From a virus (taxonomy: Duplodnaviria; Caudoviricetes): 29,281 bases of DNA. This document shows positions 1 through 10,017 of the stretch, one piece after another. The notes beneath the pieces were generated by a model, which worked only from the letters and a program-made list of their open reading frames with translations, was not told the DNA's origin and did no database searches. Within the stretch, counting starts at the first letter, position 1, and each line of letters starts with the position of its first letter. Where the stretch lies: IMG/VR virus record IMGVR_UViG_3300020042_007467, positions 1 to 29,281 of that record, one strand, 5' to 3'. Made by a program: the position numbers and the translations under genes.

Positions 1-932
1 ATAACGTAAGCAGTTATTGCGCTACCGTTTGCGGATGGAGCAGTCCAGGATAAAGCTAAACCGTTAGGGTTCTGCGGTGACTGTTGCGCCACAGCAAAAG
101 CGGTCGGCTGGCCTGGTGCAGTCGCAGAGCTAGTAACGGTTATTGGGCCAGTAGCAGTAGAGTAGGCACTAGTCGTTGAGGCTGCTGTAGCCACAGCATT
201 TACGGCAGCTATGCGGAAGTAGTATGTTCCGTTAGCTAACCCAGTTACTACTGTGCTTGTGCCTGTTAAACCTGGGGTTGTTGTTAAGCCAGTTGTAAAC
301 CCTGCGTTGGTAGCCCTTTGTAAGGTGTAACTTGTTACAGAGGTTCCGCCATCGCTAACAGGGCCAGTCCAAGATACTGTTGCGGAAGAAGTCCCTGCCA
401 CCGCAGAAATGCTCAAAGGTGCTGTCGGTAAACTATAGTAGTCAAATGATCCGACAAGGCTGGCGTTAGACTTCAGGGTGGCATCATTGTTAAATGTAGA
501 GATTGATGTTGAGCTGCTGTGATCACTGAGAACGTTGATCCCAGATTGGGATGTTTCGTCAGCCGAATAATAAACGCTACCCATTCCCGAAACCCAAAAG
601 CCCATACGAACAGTGCTAGTTGTTGATCGGTTGATAAGTGGCACAGTGGTAAGGGTTTTTAAACCTGTGCTAGAAGCAGAGGATGCAGCTGTTTCAGTAA
701 AGTTAGCGGTTTTACCAATCAGCGAGTTACCAGTAGTCCAGACTCCAAGTGCAACAGTGCGACTAGCATCCTTTCCAGAAAGGTTTAAAGCCATTCGATA
801 AATTTGAATATAAGGCACACCGCTAGGATCTGTTGCAGGGTTGATCCCAGTTAGGTCTACGTTACAAGCAGTTTGCGACCAAGCAACCCAGGCTACGTTA
901 TTTGTTGCTACAGCACCATTAATTGTCGCCAT
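1..932 (-). CDS. Minor tail/tip protein with fibronectin type III repeats (partial, runs off window)
   Basis: Not in the ORF track. Read by hand from ATG at 932: MATINGAVATNNVAW...PTAPLSISAVAGTSSATVSWTGPVSDGGTSVTSYTLQ...YYFRIAAVNAV...APGQPT...LSWTAPSANGSAITAYV. These are FN3 signatures; the frame is open to the window edge. Confidence 0.85.
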   Translation of the reverse strand, partial: MATINGAVATNNVAWVAWSQTACNVDLTGINPATDPSGVPYIQIYRMALNLSGKDASRTVALGVWTTGNSLIGKTANFTETAASSASSTGLKTLTTVPLINRSTTSTVRMGFWVSGMGSVYYSADETSQSGINVLSDHSSSTSISTFNNDATLKSNASLVGSFDYYSLPTAPLSISAVAGTSSATVSWTGPVSDGGTSVTSYTLQRATNAGFTTGLTTTPGLTGTSTVVTGLANGTYYFRIAAVNAVATAASTTSAYSTATGPITVTSSATAPGQPTAFAVAQQSPQNPNGLALSWTAPSANGSAITAYV

Positions 933-1059
933 CAGTTACCTCAATGATCTCGTGGCTAGAAGGATTGGTTTCAACAATCGCAAGAGCAACCTGTGCATCC
1001 TCAATTGTTGAGTGCTGGCTCACAACAGTGCCAGAGGGTAAATAGATAACATTAAACAT
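919..1059 (-). CDS. Small hypothetical tail-region protein (46 aa)
   Basis: MFNVIYLPSGTVVSQHSTIEDAQVALAIVETNPSSHEIIEVTDGDN. ATG overlaps the upstream stop (TAATG) and the ORF fills the gap between two tail genes. Confidence 0.7.
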   Translation of the reverse strand: MFNVIYLPSGTVVSQHSTIEDAQVALAIVETNPSSHEIIEVTDGDN

Positions 1060-2687
1060 TATGGGCCCACATATTCTATAATAAAGAAAGTATCAGTAGT
1101 CAAAGTATTTGTCGCTGTGCTGTTTTGGTAAGCTTGCAAAGTCACAGTATTGCTAGCTGCTAAGTTAACCGAGTTCATGTTAAGGTATACGGATTGGCTG
1201 TGTCCAGCGGATTGTGGAGCTGGCAAAGTATTTCGGTAAGTAACGCCAGTGCTACTTAAAGTAATCAACGCTCCACGACCACCAGTAGTATTATTTGCTG
1301 TGTGAATGCAAACAAAAGTCATGTTATATCTTCCAGCCAAAGGAACTGTGACAACCCCTGAAGCTTCGCTAAAAGTGCTGTTGTTGCTAATTGTTGTCCA
1401 ACCAGTAACTGTCGAAGTTGATCCGCTAGTAATTGAAAAAGCAGAGTTTAACTTTAGGTGCATTCTTGGCATTTGCCCAGCAATCGGATACCAAGCCGAG
1501 CCAATATAAGAAGTAACTTGGTTTACGTCTTCAAGGTAGCAGATCATTCCCTCAACAGGGGTGGTGATCGCTGCGTCACGAGCTGTGGCTGAGGCGAAAG
1601 AAGATCGCAAAGACCTGGCGACAAGGTTACCAGAAAAAGAAAGGTTAGCTGCATTGCCTAGCGATGAAGAGCCTGTAGGATCAATCCAAAGATCTCCGTT
1701 AGCCGGAGAAACAGGTTCCGTAACGCTCACCGAGATCTTAGTGTTGTTGACTTTTAAAAAGTCTCCAGCAAGCTCGGGGGCTTTCAAACTTGTCGGGGTA
1801 ACATATGCGGTAGCTGTTGCAGGGTTGCCGGCATCATTCCCAGCATAAATACCGTTCTGGTTTACAGTTACACCAGCAAAGTCTGGGCCAATACCCTGAA
1901 CCGAAAGCTTGCCATCATAAGAACCATTGAAATCAGATATTGTTGCGTAACCGCCAGCAACATATGTAGCAGTTTCTGTATCAGCAACAACAAACTTTAG
2001 AGTAGCACCAGAAGAATCAACAGATAAGATAATAGCATTAGAAAGGTTGTATCCTGCAGGGTCAACTCCAGTAACAGTAGCATAAACACCAGGCACATAA
2101 GAAGCAAGAGTGGCATCGGTTTTATCAATATCGTAAGTGGCGTTAGTGCCATCCCCGGTCACAGAGTTAATAGCGACAGGTGTTTGAGCAATCTGATTAC
2201 TGTTTGACAAAGCGATCGACAAACCATCACCAGCAATAAGACCGTTGACACTCAAGTTCAAAGCACTATCAGTCATGTGCATAGTGCCCTGAGTGTAATA
2301 CTCTTCTTCTGTCACAGGGTTGATAGCAAACTGTCCAGCAGTCATTTCAAAGTTTGGGATAGCACCAATAGGTTCGTTGGTTTCTGGGTCCAGCTCTTGG
2401 CGATCAGGTGCGCCAACAGTTAGGGATCCGCCAATGTCAACAACAGAATCCGCAATAACATTACCAGTAAAGTTCATTCCAGTAGCGTAAGGAATAACTT
2501 GACCACTATCTTCTGCCACAAAAGTAAAAGTAGAGTTGATTCCAAAGTTTTGTTCATGGTCAACGTTAGGAATATTGTTTGCAGCTTGCAATCTTGCAAT
2601 CGCATTTTCAAGATCTTGAATTTGCTTGTCGGTTGTGCGAACCCAAGGTTGCATACTTGACGGAGCATTGCTCTCTGGTTTAATCAT
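1059..2687 (-). CDS. Minor tail protein / tail fibre (putative receptor-binding)
   Basis: 542 aa. N-terminal coiled coil, Ser/Thr/Gly-rich beta segments, fibre-like motifs (EPVSPANGDLWID; FASATARDAAITTPVEGMICY) and a C-terminal beta-sandwich-like region; lies downstream of the tape measure gene. Confidence 0.75.
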   Translation of the reverse strand: MIKPESNAPSSMQPWVRTTDKQIQDLENAIARLQAANNIPNVDHEQNFGINSTFTFVAEDSGQVIPYATGMNFTGNVIADSVVDIGGSLTVGAPDRQELDPETNEPIGAIPNFEMTAGQFAINPVTEEEYYTQGTMHMTDSALNLSVNGLIAGDGLSIALSNSNQIAQTPVAINSVTGDGTNATYDIDKTDATLASYVPGVYATVTGVDPAGYNLSNAIILSVDSSGATLKFVVADTETATYVAGGYATISDFNGSYDGKLSVQGIGPDFAGVTVNQNGIYAGNDAGNPATATAYVTPTSLKAPELAGDFLKVNNTKISVSVTEPVSPANGDLWIDPTGSSSLGNAANLSFSGNLVARSLRSSFASATARDAAITTPVEGMICYLEDVNQVTSYIGSAWYPIAGQMPRMHLKLNSAFSITSGSTSTVTGWTTISNNSTFSEASGVVTVPLAGRYNMTFVCIHTANNTTGGRGALITLSSTGVTYRNTLPAPQSAGHSQSVYLNMNSVNLAASNTVTLQAYQNSTATNTLTTDTFFIIEYVGP

Positions 2688-2688
2688 T

Positions 2689-4203
2689 TTATGGCCCCAT
2701 TAACGGAATAATAGCAAAATCACTGTGTTTCATATACTCGTCCGGGTAAGTTGTTGGATCAAGCATAACACTATTAAACTCTGCAAAAGTTTTGCCAGTC
2801 CAATTAGTTTCAAAGTCAGCAAAAGTTACATACTGATCTGCGTTAATATTTATGTTGCCATAATCATAGGACACACTTCTGACTCGATACTTTGAACCGC
2901 TATAAGTAAAGATTGCGCCTGGTAAAAAACCAAACTCTTGATTACTTGCTTCCTCTATTTTATCAGTGCTAAAACTAAACTTTACTACAGGGCCAGCAAC
3001 TTGTTGCGCAGTGTAATACGCTGTGTTATAAAAGTAAGTATTGTTTACTAGAAAAGGGTTATCTGTGTATTCATTTTCAGAGTCACCAAGCGAGCTGCCA
3101 GTTGGGAACGTTGCGCTAAATTGATCGGTGAGCGTTCCTGTGCCAGTCAAGGCAAGGGCGGGGTAGTTGTCGCGAAACTCTAAAGTCCAAGGAGTGTTCA
3201 AAGGCCCTTTGGGTCCGGTAACAATAATTTTGATTTCATAAGGGTCGTCAGTAACCTCTGCCGTAACTTTAGCTCCGCGCAGTTGAGCTAATTTAACAAT
3301 ACTGCCATTCTTGTCGCGGAAAGAATAAAAGCCGTTAGCCAACTCAGTTGGAACAGTTCCAATCGCACGATCGCTAATGTATTCAACGTAAGAGTCAGGT
3401 GAAGTTTCAACATACTCTGGTTGATTCACAGAAACCAAAGAAACCCTAGAGGTTACACTAAACTCTTTAACCTCATCACCTTCAACAGTTTCTGGGCTAT
3501 CATTGTAACCATAAGTGAAAGCGATTGCGTCCTCAACCCAAGAAGTTTTGATGTTAGTAAGCTTAATTGTTTTTGCTTGCTCACCAAGGGAAATTTCAAA
3601 ATTCTCTGAAGTAATATCAGTTACATTGACCTGTTTTGTGGCTCGGCGTTTAACATAAACTGTGCCAGCCATAAAATAGATTTCCGTATTTGAAGCAATG
3701 CAAAGTTTCTTTAGGCCGTTCCAAATATTATCGGTCCAGGCTGGCACAACAATTTGCTCAGTAAGAGATGTGGAAATGTCGTAGCTTGTGATCCCCGCTT
3801 CGTCAAAGTAGGCTTCGAAGACTTCGGCAAGGGTTCCACGAGTAGGAGAAATGCGCTTAGTGGCGTTGAGTTTTTCAAACTTAGAGAACACGTTAGCTGA
3901 AACAGAGTTAGAGTCAACTGACAGGTTGCCAACGCGACCTGTAAAGCTGCCACGAAGATCGTCAACCAAAGTCAGCTGGTTGTCAATTAGTAACCTGCTT
4001 GATGGGTGGGTATTTCCAGAGGTTTCAATCTTGTTAGATTCGCCAACAAGAGATAGGGCGGGAATTTCGCCACTGCTATCGGATAAGCCAACAGGTGAAG
4101 CGCTTTCATTCATCGAGTAACTGACAATAACATCAGACTGATCCCCGGTAGGCGAAAACTTACCGTTACCAGTTGTGCTTACTGTAATGCCCATGTTAAA
4201 CAA
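2689..4203 (-). CDS. Minor tail protein (baseplate hub/Tal position)
   Basis: 504 aa, second gene after tape measure. Call is from synteny; the start could instead be ATG at 4194. Confidence 0.65.
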   Translation of the reverse strand: MFNMGITVSTTGNGKFSPTGDQSDVIVSYSMNESASPVGLSDSSGEIPALSLVGESNKIETSGNTHPSSRLLIDNQLTLVDDLRGSFTGRVGNLSVDSNSVSANVFSKFEKLNATKRISPTRGTLAEVFEAYFDEAGITSYDISTSLTEQIVVPAWTDNIWNGLKKLCIASNTEIYFMAGTVYVKRRATKQVNVTDITSENFEISLGEQAKTIKLTNIKTSWVEDAIAFTYGYNDSPETVEGDEVKEFSVTSRVSLVSVNQPEYVETSPDSYVEYISDRAIGTVPTELANGFYSFRDKNGSIVKLAQLRGAKVTAEVTDDPYEIKIIVTGPKGPLNTPWTLEFRDNYPALALTGTGTLTDQFSATFPTGSSLGDSENEYTDNPFLVNNTYFYNTAYYTAQQVAGPVVKFSFSTDKIEEASNQEFGFLPGAIFTYSGSKYRVRSVSYDYGNININADQYVTFADFETNWTGKTFAEFNSVMLDPTTYPDEYMKHSDFAIIPLMGP

Positions 4204-5083
4204 CCTCTACGAAGTTTGCACTCATTTCAAAGTATCCGTTATTAATTGCTGACGAAATGTAACTAATAGTTGGGCTTGAAGCAAATTCAAATCGAGTAAT
4301 TCCACGACCTGAAATAAAACCGCCAGAAGCAACAGAAGTGCCGGTCGGTAAGATCTGCGCAATTAGGGCGACTAGGGCCGCAGTAGAAGTCGATCCAGAG
4401 CCGTTAGCTAAGAAGATCTCTACACGAGAAACAGATGCGCCATCAAAAGTTGTGTTTGTTCTGGTTGTGCCACCAGCAAGTAAACTGTTTGGGTTCACAG
4501 CAGTTTGTGCAACACCTGAAAGGTTGTAAGGCACAATTCGGATACCAGCTGCGCTAGATGCCGATACCCCAGCAGAGGTCGAGTGCCAACCGAGGTTTAA
4601 ACTATGGGTCACAGGAATGATCAAGGTCAGCTTGTTGGTATCAACAGCACTGCCAGCTAAAGCGTAAGAAGCATACTTTATTGGGTAGCCATTAGAGTAA
4701 GCCTGGCTTGTAAAAGTTGGGGTAACTGTGGCAGAAATGTTAGGCCATTCACCTTCGGCCAACATTGGGGCAGCCCAGTGAGGAGGTAAAATGTTGCTAT
4801 TAGAAGCAAAAGGATCATTCCAATAAAACGGTCCATCACCATACAAGCCATCGTAAAAGTCTTTTAAAACATACAAAGACTCGCTGGCCTCAGTGTTGTT
4901 CATCTGACCAGCCCAAGACATAGAGTATTCTCTGTGAGTTCTTTTCGATCGGCGCACAGAAGAACCACCGTTAAGGAACTCCATTTTATTTGAGTAGCCT
5001 ACTGGGCTGGCATCCATACCAGATTGCGGGGCTTTGATCAAAGTTTGGTAAGTAGCGTTTCCAAAGTAAACGGTTCCAGCCAT
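4196..5083 (-). CDS. Minor tail protein (distal tail position)
   Basis: 295 aa directly after tape measure, coupled by a TAATG overlap. Confidence 0.7.
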   Translation of the reverse strand: MAGTVYFGNATYQTLIKAPQSGMDASPVGYSNKMEFLNGGSSVRRSKRTHREYSMSWAGQMNNTEASESLYVLKDFYDGLYGDGPFYWNDPFASNSNILPPHWAAPMLAEGEWPNISATVTPTFTSQAYSNGYPIKYASYALAGSAVDTNKLTLIIPVTHSLNLGWHSTSAGVSASSAAGIRIVPYNLSGVAQTAVNPNSLLAGGTTRTNTTFDGASVSRVEIFLANGSGSTSTAALVALIAQILPTGTSVASGGFISGRGITRFEFASSPTISYISSAINNGYFEMSANFVEVV

Positions 5084-8000
5084 TAGTTTTTACCTAGCCT
5101 TGCAAGTTCTCGATTGCCATCGTTAGCTGATTCAGCAATTGTGCGGTTCGTTGTTCTTAGGGTTACCGGGCGGTTGATTGCAGCTTGCAATAGTTCGCGG
5201 TCTTTACTGGACAAGTATACCACACCACCCGAACCTCCAGAAGAGCCACCACCCAACATTCCAGGGGAAAGTCGCTGCTGGTTTAGGGCATTCATAAAGT
5301 CAACGCCGTAACGATTCACAGAGGATGCACGCATCATGTATTCGCCGTTTGAGGCACCGATTGTGATGCTATCGCTTGTGCCACTACCCGCACCCCGGAT
5401 TAGACCACCTTGAGCATAGTCCCCTGATCGGAGAGCACCTTCGATAGATAGCCGCTGGTTCATCCAGTAACTCTTCTGCGATCCAGTAGCATTCTTTTCC
5501 AAAGCGCCAATGCGATTGGCTTCCTTGGTAAGGGCGTTCTTACGATCTTCTTTGGTCGGAGCTTTAATGTCAACATTAACACTAGCATTAGAGTTGTTGA
5601 TCTCTTCAAGTAACTGGTTTAGTGCGCGCTTCGCAGGGTCGGTGCTAGCATCAACATTTACCTTTTTAGGTGTGCCAGCAACAATCGTCTTGAAACCATC
5701 AAAAGATTTAGCATACTTATCGATAGCCTCTTGAGAGATATTCATGGCTGTGGCTTGGGCGCGGAACTGTGCCTCACCATCCTTGATAGCCTGATTTACA
5801 ACTTCTTGCTTAGCACCAGAGTCAACTAGGGCCTGAATATAGGCTGCGTTACTGGTAAGAATTTCCTGAAGGGCTTTGTCATTATCTCGACCGGCCTGAG
5901 TATTAGCATCAAGCGAACCACTCAAAAGATCAGTGTTGTAAGTAACGTCTTCTTGGTTCTTCGCAATCTCCTGATCCAAAGAAGCCATTTCGTTAGCGAT
6001 CTTCTTAGCGGACTCGGTATCACCAAACTGAATAGCCAAACGATAGTCAAGCTCAAGATCTTTACGCTTACGGCTATTCTCATCCAAGGTATTTTGAAGA
6101 TCAGTAACATTTTTACGAGCATCACGAATACCATCATTGATTCCCTCAATAACACCCTGCAGTTCACCAAAAGCATTCTGGCGTTCAAACTTGAACTTGA
6201 GCATGTTTGTGAAAGCTTTACCAAGATCGTCAGCATAATCAGTTAAGGTTCTCATAACCTTCTTCTGCTTATCCATTTTCTTGGTGTTGTCAGTTACCCA
6301 CTGTCCTAAGAACTGGGCGGCGTAAGCCCCACCCCTAAGAGAGTTCTGCAATGAAACACCATAACGCTTAGCTGCTAGCTCTGCTTGGTTGAGCACAGTC
6401 TTGCCCTTGCCGATCCCGGCAACCCAAGCGTCAACAGATGCTCGGAGTTCTTCAGGGTTAGAAGCCTTATCCAGTGCGCTAGAAAGGTTATTGATTCCTT
6501 GAACATCCTCATCAAGGACGGCTTTAGATAAGTAATCTTTGAACTGACCAAAAGCCTGCCCAGTTTCTATACCCTTAACTTCCAGTGCAGCTAAAGCATC
6601 TGCCATACGCTCAACGCCACCCATAAAGCCTTCGCCAGACTGCTTAGCAGACTCAAGCGAAGCAACCATGTAAGAGTTCCAGTTTTCTAGGTTCTTACGT
6701 CCAGCCTCGCTAAACTTATCAAAGTTGTCTGTCCCAGTTTTTAGCCCACTAGAGAGCGTAGTAAAAGAAGACAATAGTTTTGTTTGAGCAGATGTAGTGT
6801 TACCAATTTCATCGACATAGCCTTTTAGAGTTTCAGATAAGCCGTAAACTTGTTCATCAATTTGCTCTTCGGCTGCACCAGTTGCCCGCATAACATCTGC
6901 TTCAATTTTTCTGGTAGCGGCTAGTTTTTTTGATGATTCGCGCATAGCATCAATAGCTTTAGCGGCTTCTTTGGCTGCCTTGGGGGTGCTGCTCATTATG
7001 TAGTTATTTTCTTTTTGAGACGCAAGAACTAACTTAATCTGTTCAGCAGTCCACCCGACTTCTTTACCATACTCTTTAATGATAGCAATATTAGATGCCT
7101 CAATGCCACCCATAAGCATTATTCTTTTTTGCAAACCACTCATTTGATCTTCAAAGTTTTTTAGGTAAGCAGTTGCACCGCCCTCAGACTCAATGCCCTT
7201 AGTGATTAAAGTGGCAACGTCAATTCCAAATGACTCTATGAGGGCTTTATCTGATGCACTGGCCTCAGCAAGACTTTCATAAATAGTTGCTTGATCTCCG
7301 CCAGCGCCTTTATACTTAGCCAAAGCGTTAGCAGTAAATGCGGCTGTGTTGCGACCAAGTGAAATTGTCTGCTCATCAATGCTGGCTTTAGATTCATTGA
7401 TTGATTTTTGCACAGCTGCGTTAGAGTCTGCCTGGACGGAAGAAGCATCAATCATTTCATCAACACCAGATTTAGCCTCTAAGAATGAATCACTAAGGGC
7501 TTTAACGCCTTCAGCAGTAGCTAATGCTTTAATTTCAGCTTTAGTATTCTCTTCATTAAGATCTTTAATCTTTGTGGTAAATGTGGTAAAAGCGCCTTCT
7601 CCGGCAATAGCGGCATCAGTGTCTTTAGCCATAGCTTTAGCTAGTTCTTCTGAGCCACCACCGGCTTCGATCATCGCATCGCCCATGGCTTTTGCTTGGG
7701 AACCAGTGTTAGCCATGGTATCACCAATTTGCGACATAATTACCAAAGCGGTTGTTATTATTCCAACAATTCCTAAAGCGCGTTGCATTATTGTCAAGCC
7801 AAGAGCTGCTTTTTTGCCAGCCTCACCAACTGCAACAAGACCGCCAGTAAGACCAGCAAGACCTGCACGAGTAGAAGCTCCAGTCAAACCGACCTGACGC
7901 ATCATTACGCGCAAGGTTGTCATGCTAGCAAGTGATCCAATGCTAGCGTCTTTCAAGCCATTCATAGCAGTTTTCACAGCAAGGAGGCCGGCGACAGCCA

Positions 8001-9558
8001 AGAACATTGTTGCTTTGAATAAAGCAAACCCACCAATAAGTGCAGTAGCCAAAGCTAACAGCAACTTCATTGGGCCATTCATGTTACCGATGGCATTGAT
8101 AATCGGAGTAATAATGTCTAGTAATATTTTGAGTCCAGGGGCCATGGCATCACCTAAAGCGGCCGAAGTAGCAAGTAGAGCATTCTGGAAAATCGTCAAC
8201 TTAGAAGCAAGATCGTCTTGCACCTTAGCGTAAGCTTCAGCAGAGTAAGTTGCAAGCATGTATTGCTTGTGTGCGTCTTCCATGGTAGAAGCCAAAACAT
8301 CTGTGTTGTTGGCAAGACGTTGGATAACGTTTAGTTCGCGAGAGTTAGTGATCCCAAGAGCAGTAATAGTTTTGTTGAGGTCACCAGCCCGGTTAGCACC
8401 TTCAAGGAATGAATTAAAGAAGCGACTTGGATCATTTTTCCAAAGGTTTCCAGCTTCATAAGAAGTCATGTTCAAAACTTTAGCAAAGTCGTCTAGGCGT
8501 GCTCCACCGATCGAAACTGACGAGTCGATCTCGCGGAACAAGCGCACAATAACACCACGAGCTTCTTCAGGGCGAACCTTTAGCGAAGCAAGAGCTGCAG
8601 CTAGACCAATAACCTCATCAGCGGCGAAACCTGCCTGGTTAGAGGCTGCAGCGATCGACTCAGACATTACAAGGATTTCTTTATCGGTAGCAACAGCGTT
8701 CACACCAACAAAAGTAATTGCAGAAGATAGGTTCTCAAACTTGGAAGCTGGAACATCCATCATCTGGCCTAGGCGACCAAAAGCCTGGGAAGTTTCTTCA
8801 ACCGAAACACCTGTGATCGCGGAGAACTGGCTAACAGTTTTTGTGAACTGAGTAATAGCGCTTTCAGCGATACCCATCTGTGCACCAAGAGTAGCAACTT
8901 TAGCAATGTCCTCAAAAGACACAGGAGTGGTCAAGGAGAGGTCGATAAGTGATTTGCGTAGCTTTTCACCCTGATCGGTTAGCTTGCCTTCAGCATCGCG
9001 CACAAGGCCCACAGTTCGTTCAACGCTAGTAAACGCAGACTCAAACCTAGCTGCTTGCATGATCGAAATACCCATGGCGGTGTAGATTGCGGTTCCCATA
9101 GCCAAAGCCCGGTTACCAACATCATACAAAGCGTAGCGGGTTCGAGACATGCTTTGTTCAAAGTCGCCACTGACCATAGCACGCATGTGTGCGTAACGTG
9201 CAGTTTGCTCGGCATCCTTCTTGGCAAGGGCCATAGCCTTTTTGTCTAAATCAAATTTTCTTTGGCTTTTAGCATAGTCGAACCCCATAAGGTTCATAAC
9301 AGTCTGCTCAGCGCCCACAGCCTTGCCAGCGCCGTAACCACGCCTCTTCATGTCGGCAATGTTCTTTTCGACCTTTAAGCGGGCCTCAGCAGCCTTAGCA
9401 GACTTGATCTCAAGATCAGTAGCTTTCTTTAACTCTTGGTTAGAGCCCTTACCAGCATTGACCAGTTTTTTGTTAAGATCGTCAACCGATTTTCCAGCCG
9501 CTGAAGCAGCAGCTTTAAACTGCTCCGCATTCAAAATCAGATTTGCTCTAATGTCCAA
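5083..9558 (-). CDS. Tape measure protein
   Basis: 1491 aa, Ala-rich and helical. TP901-like core (FESAFTSVERT...EDIAKVATLGAQMGI), hydrophobic central segments, C-terminal YAQGGLIRGAGSGTSDSI...NGEYMMRASSV. TTG start with AGGTGG SD; follows the tail chaperones. Confidence 0.95.
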   Translation of the reverse strand: MDIRANLILNAEQFKAAASAAGKSVDDLNKKLVNAGKGSNQELKKATDLEIKSAKAAEARLKVEKNIADMKRRGYGAGKAVGAEQTVMNLMGFDYAKSQRKFDLDKKAMALAKKDAEQTARYAHMRAMVSGDFEQSMSRTRYALYDVGNRALAMGTAIYTAMGISIMQAARFESAFTSVERTVGLVRDAEGKLTDQGEKLRKSLIDLSLTTPVSFEDIAKVATLGAQMGIAESAITQFTKTVSQFSAITGVSVEETSQAFGRLGQMMDVPASKFENLSSAITFVGVNAVATDKEILVMSESIAAASNQAGFAADEVIGLAAALASLKVRPEEARGVIVRLFREIDSSVSIGGARLDDFAKVLNMTSYEAGNLWKNDPSRFFNSFLEGANRAGDLNKTITALGITNSRELNVIQRLANNTDVLASTMEDAHKQYMLATYSAEAYAKVQDDLASKLTIFQNALLATSAALGDAMAPGLKILLDIITPIINAIGNMNGPMKLLLALATALIGGFALFKATMFLAVAGLLAVKTAMNGLKDASIGSLASMTTLRVMMRQVGLTGASTRAGLAGLTGGLVAVGEAGKKAALGLTIMQRALGIVGIITTALVIMSQIGDTMANTGSQAKAMGDAMIEAGGGSEELAKAMAKDTDAAIAGEGAFTTFTTKIKDLNEENTKAEIKALATAEGVKALSDSFLEAKSGVDEMIDASSVQADSNAAVQKSINESKASIDEQTISLGRNTAAFTANALAKYKGAGGDQATIYESLAEASASDKALIESFGIDVATLITKGIESEGGATAYLKNFEDQMSGLQKRIMLMGGIEASNIAIIKEYGKEVGWTAEQIKLVLASQKENNYIMSSTPKAAKEAAKAIDAMRESSKKLAATRKIEADVMRATGAAEEQIDEQVYGLSETLKGYVDEIGNTTSAQTKLLSSFTTLSSGLKTGTDNFDKFSEAGRKNLENWNSYMVASLESAKQSGEGFMGGVERMADALAALEVKGIETGQAFGQFKDYLSKAVLDEDVQGINNLSSALDKASNPEELRASVDAWVAGIGKGKTVLNQAELAAKRYGVSLQNSLRGGAYAAQFLGQWVTDNTKKMDKQKKVMRTLTDYADDLGKAFTNMLKFKFERQNAFGELQGVIEGINDGIRDARKNVTDLQNTLDENSRKRKDLELDYRLAIQFGDTESAKKIANEMASLDQEIAKNQEDVTYNTDLLSGSLDANTQAGRDNDKALQEILTSNAAYIQALVDSGAKQEVVNQAIKDGEAQFRAQATAMNISQEAIDKYAKSFDGFKTIVAGTPKKVNVDASTDPAKRALNQLLEEINNSNASVNVDIKAPTKEDRKNALTKEANRIGALEKNATGSQKSYWMNQRLSIEGALRSGDYAQGGLIRGAGSGTSDSITIGASNGEYMMRASSVNRYGVDFMNALNQQRLSPGMLGGGSSGGSGGVVYLSSKDRELLQAAINRPVTLRTTNRTIAESANDGNRELARLGKN

Positions 9559-9583
9559 GATAAACCACCTAAGTCTTTCTCAC

Positions 9584-9600
9584 CTATTTTATCTTATCTA
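9584..9600 (-). promoter_or_regulatory. Putative promoter for tape measure (TAGATAAGA-TAAAAT-AG)
   Basis: -10-like TAAAAT at 9591-9586; the 17-nt block matches 14018-14002 at 16 of 17 positions. Confidence 0.55.
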
Positions 9601-10017
9601 GCCAGAGTTCTCAGCCAAATATTTATAGTATGAGGTTCGAGTAGGAAGATCACTCTCATCGTAAGTATAAGGCACGACATAAGGGATCTCCCCAAAATTA
9701 TTCTTTGCGCCATCTTTCTTACTTTGCTTGTCATGCCATTTGTCTAATTCTGCCTTAGCATAACAGGTGCTTGTTTTAACTTTGAACCCAACGTTGTGAG
9801 CATTATCGTTACGGCACACCCAGATCGGGTTTCCGCATTCCGCACAGGTCTCTTCTTGGAGCATCTGATACGCTTCCAAAAGCATAAAATCAAATGGGGT
9901 CCAAGGGTCACTAGGCTGTTCATGGAAAATCATGGAGACCGGGCGGATACTTGCTGTGATCGCAGCTTTAATGCGCGTCACATACTGACGATTATATTCC
10001 CAAGTTAGGACTTCGGT
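9598..10017 (-). CDS. Tail assembly chaperone, -1 frameshift extension (GT-like; fusion about 335 aa)
   Basis: The -1 frame is open from the slippery site (...GF-FTEVLTWEYNRQYVTRIKAAITAS...) and continues into track ORF 9598..9981. Contains CAEC...C...C. Confidence 0.85.
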   Translation of the reverse strand, partial: TEVLTWEYNRQYVTRIKAAITASIRPVSMIFHEQPSDPWTPFDFMLLEAYQMLQEETCAECGNPIWVCRNDNAHNVGFKVKTSTCYAKAELDKWHDKQSKKDGAKNNFGEIPYVVPYTYDESDLPTRTSYYKYLAENSG

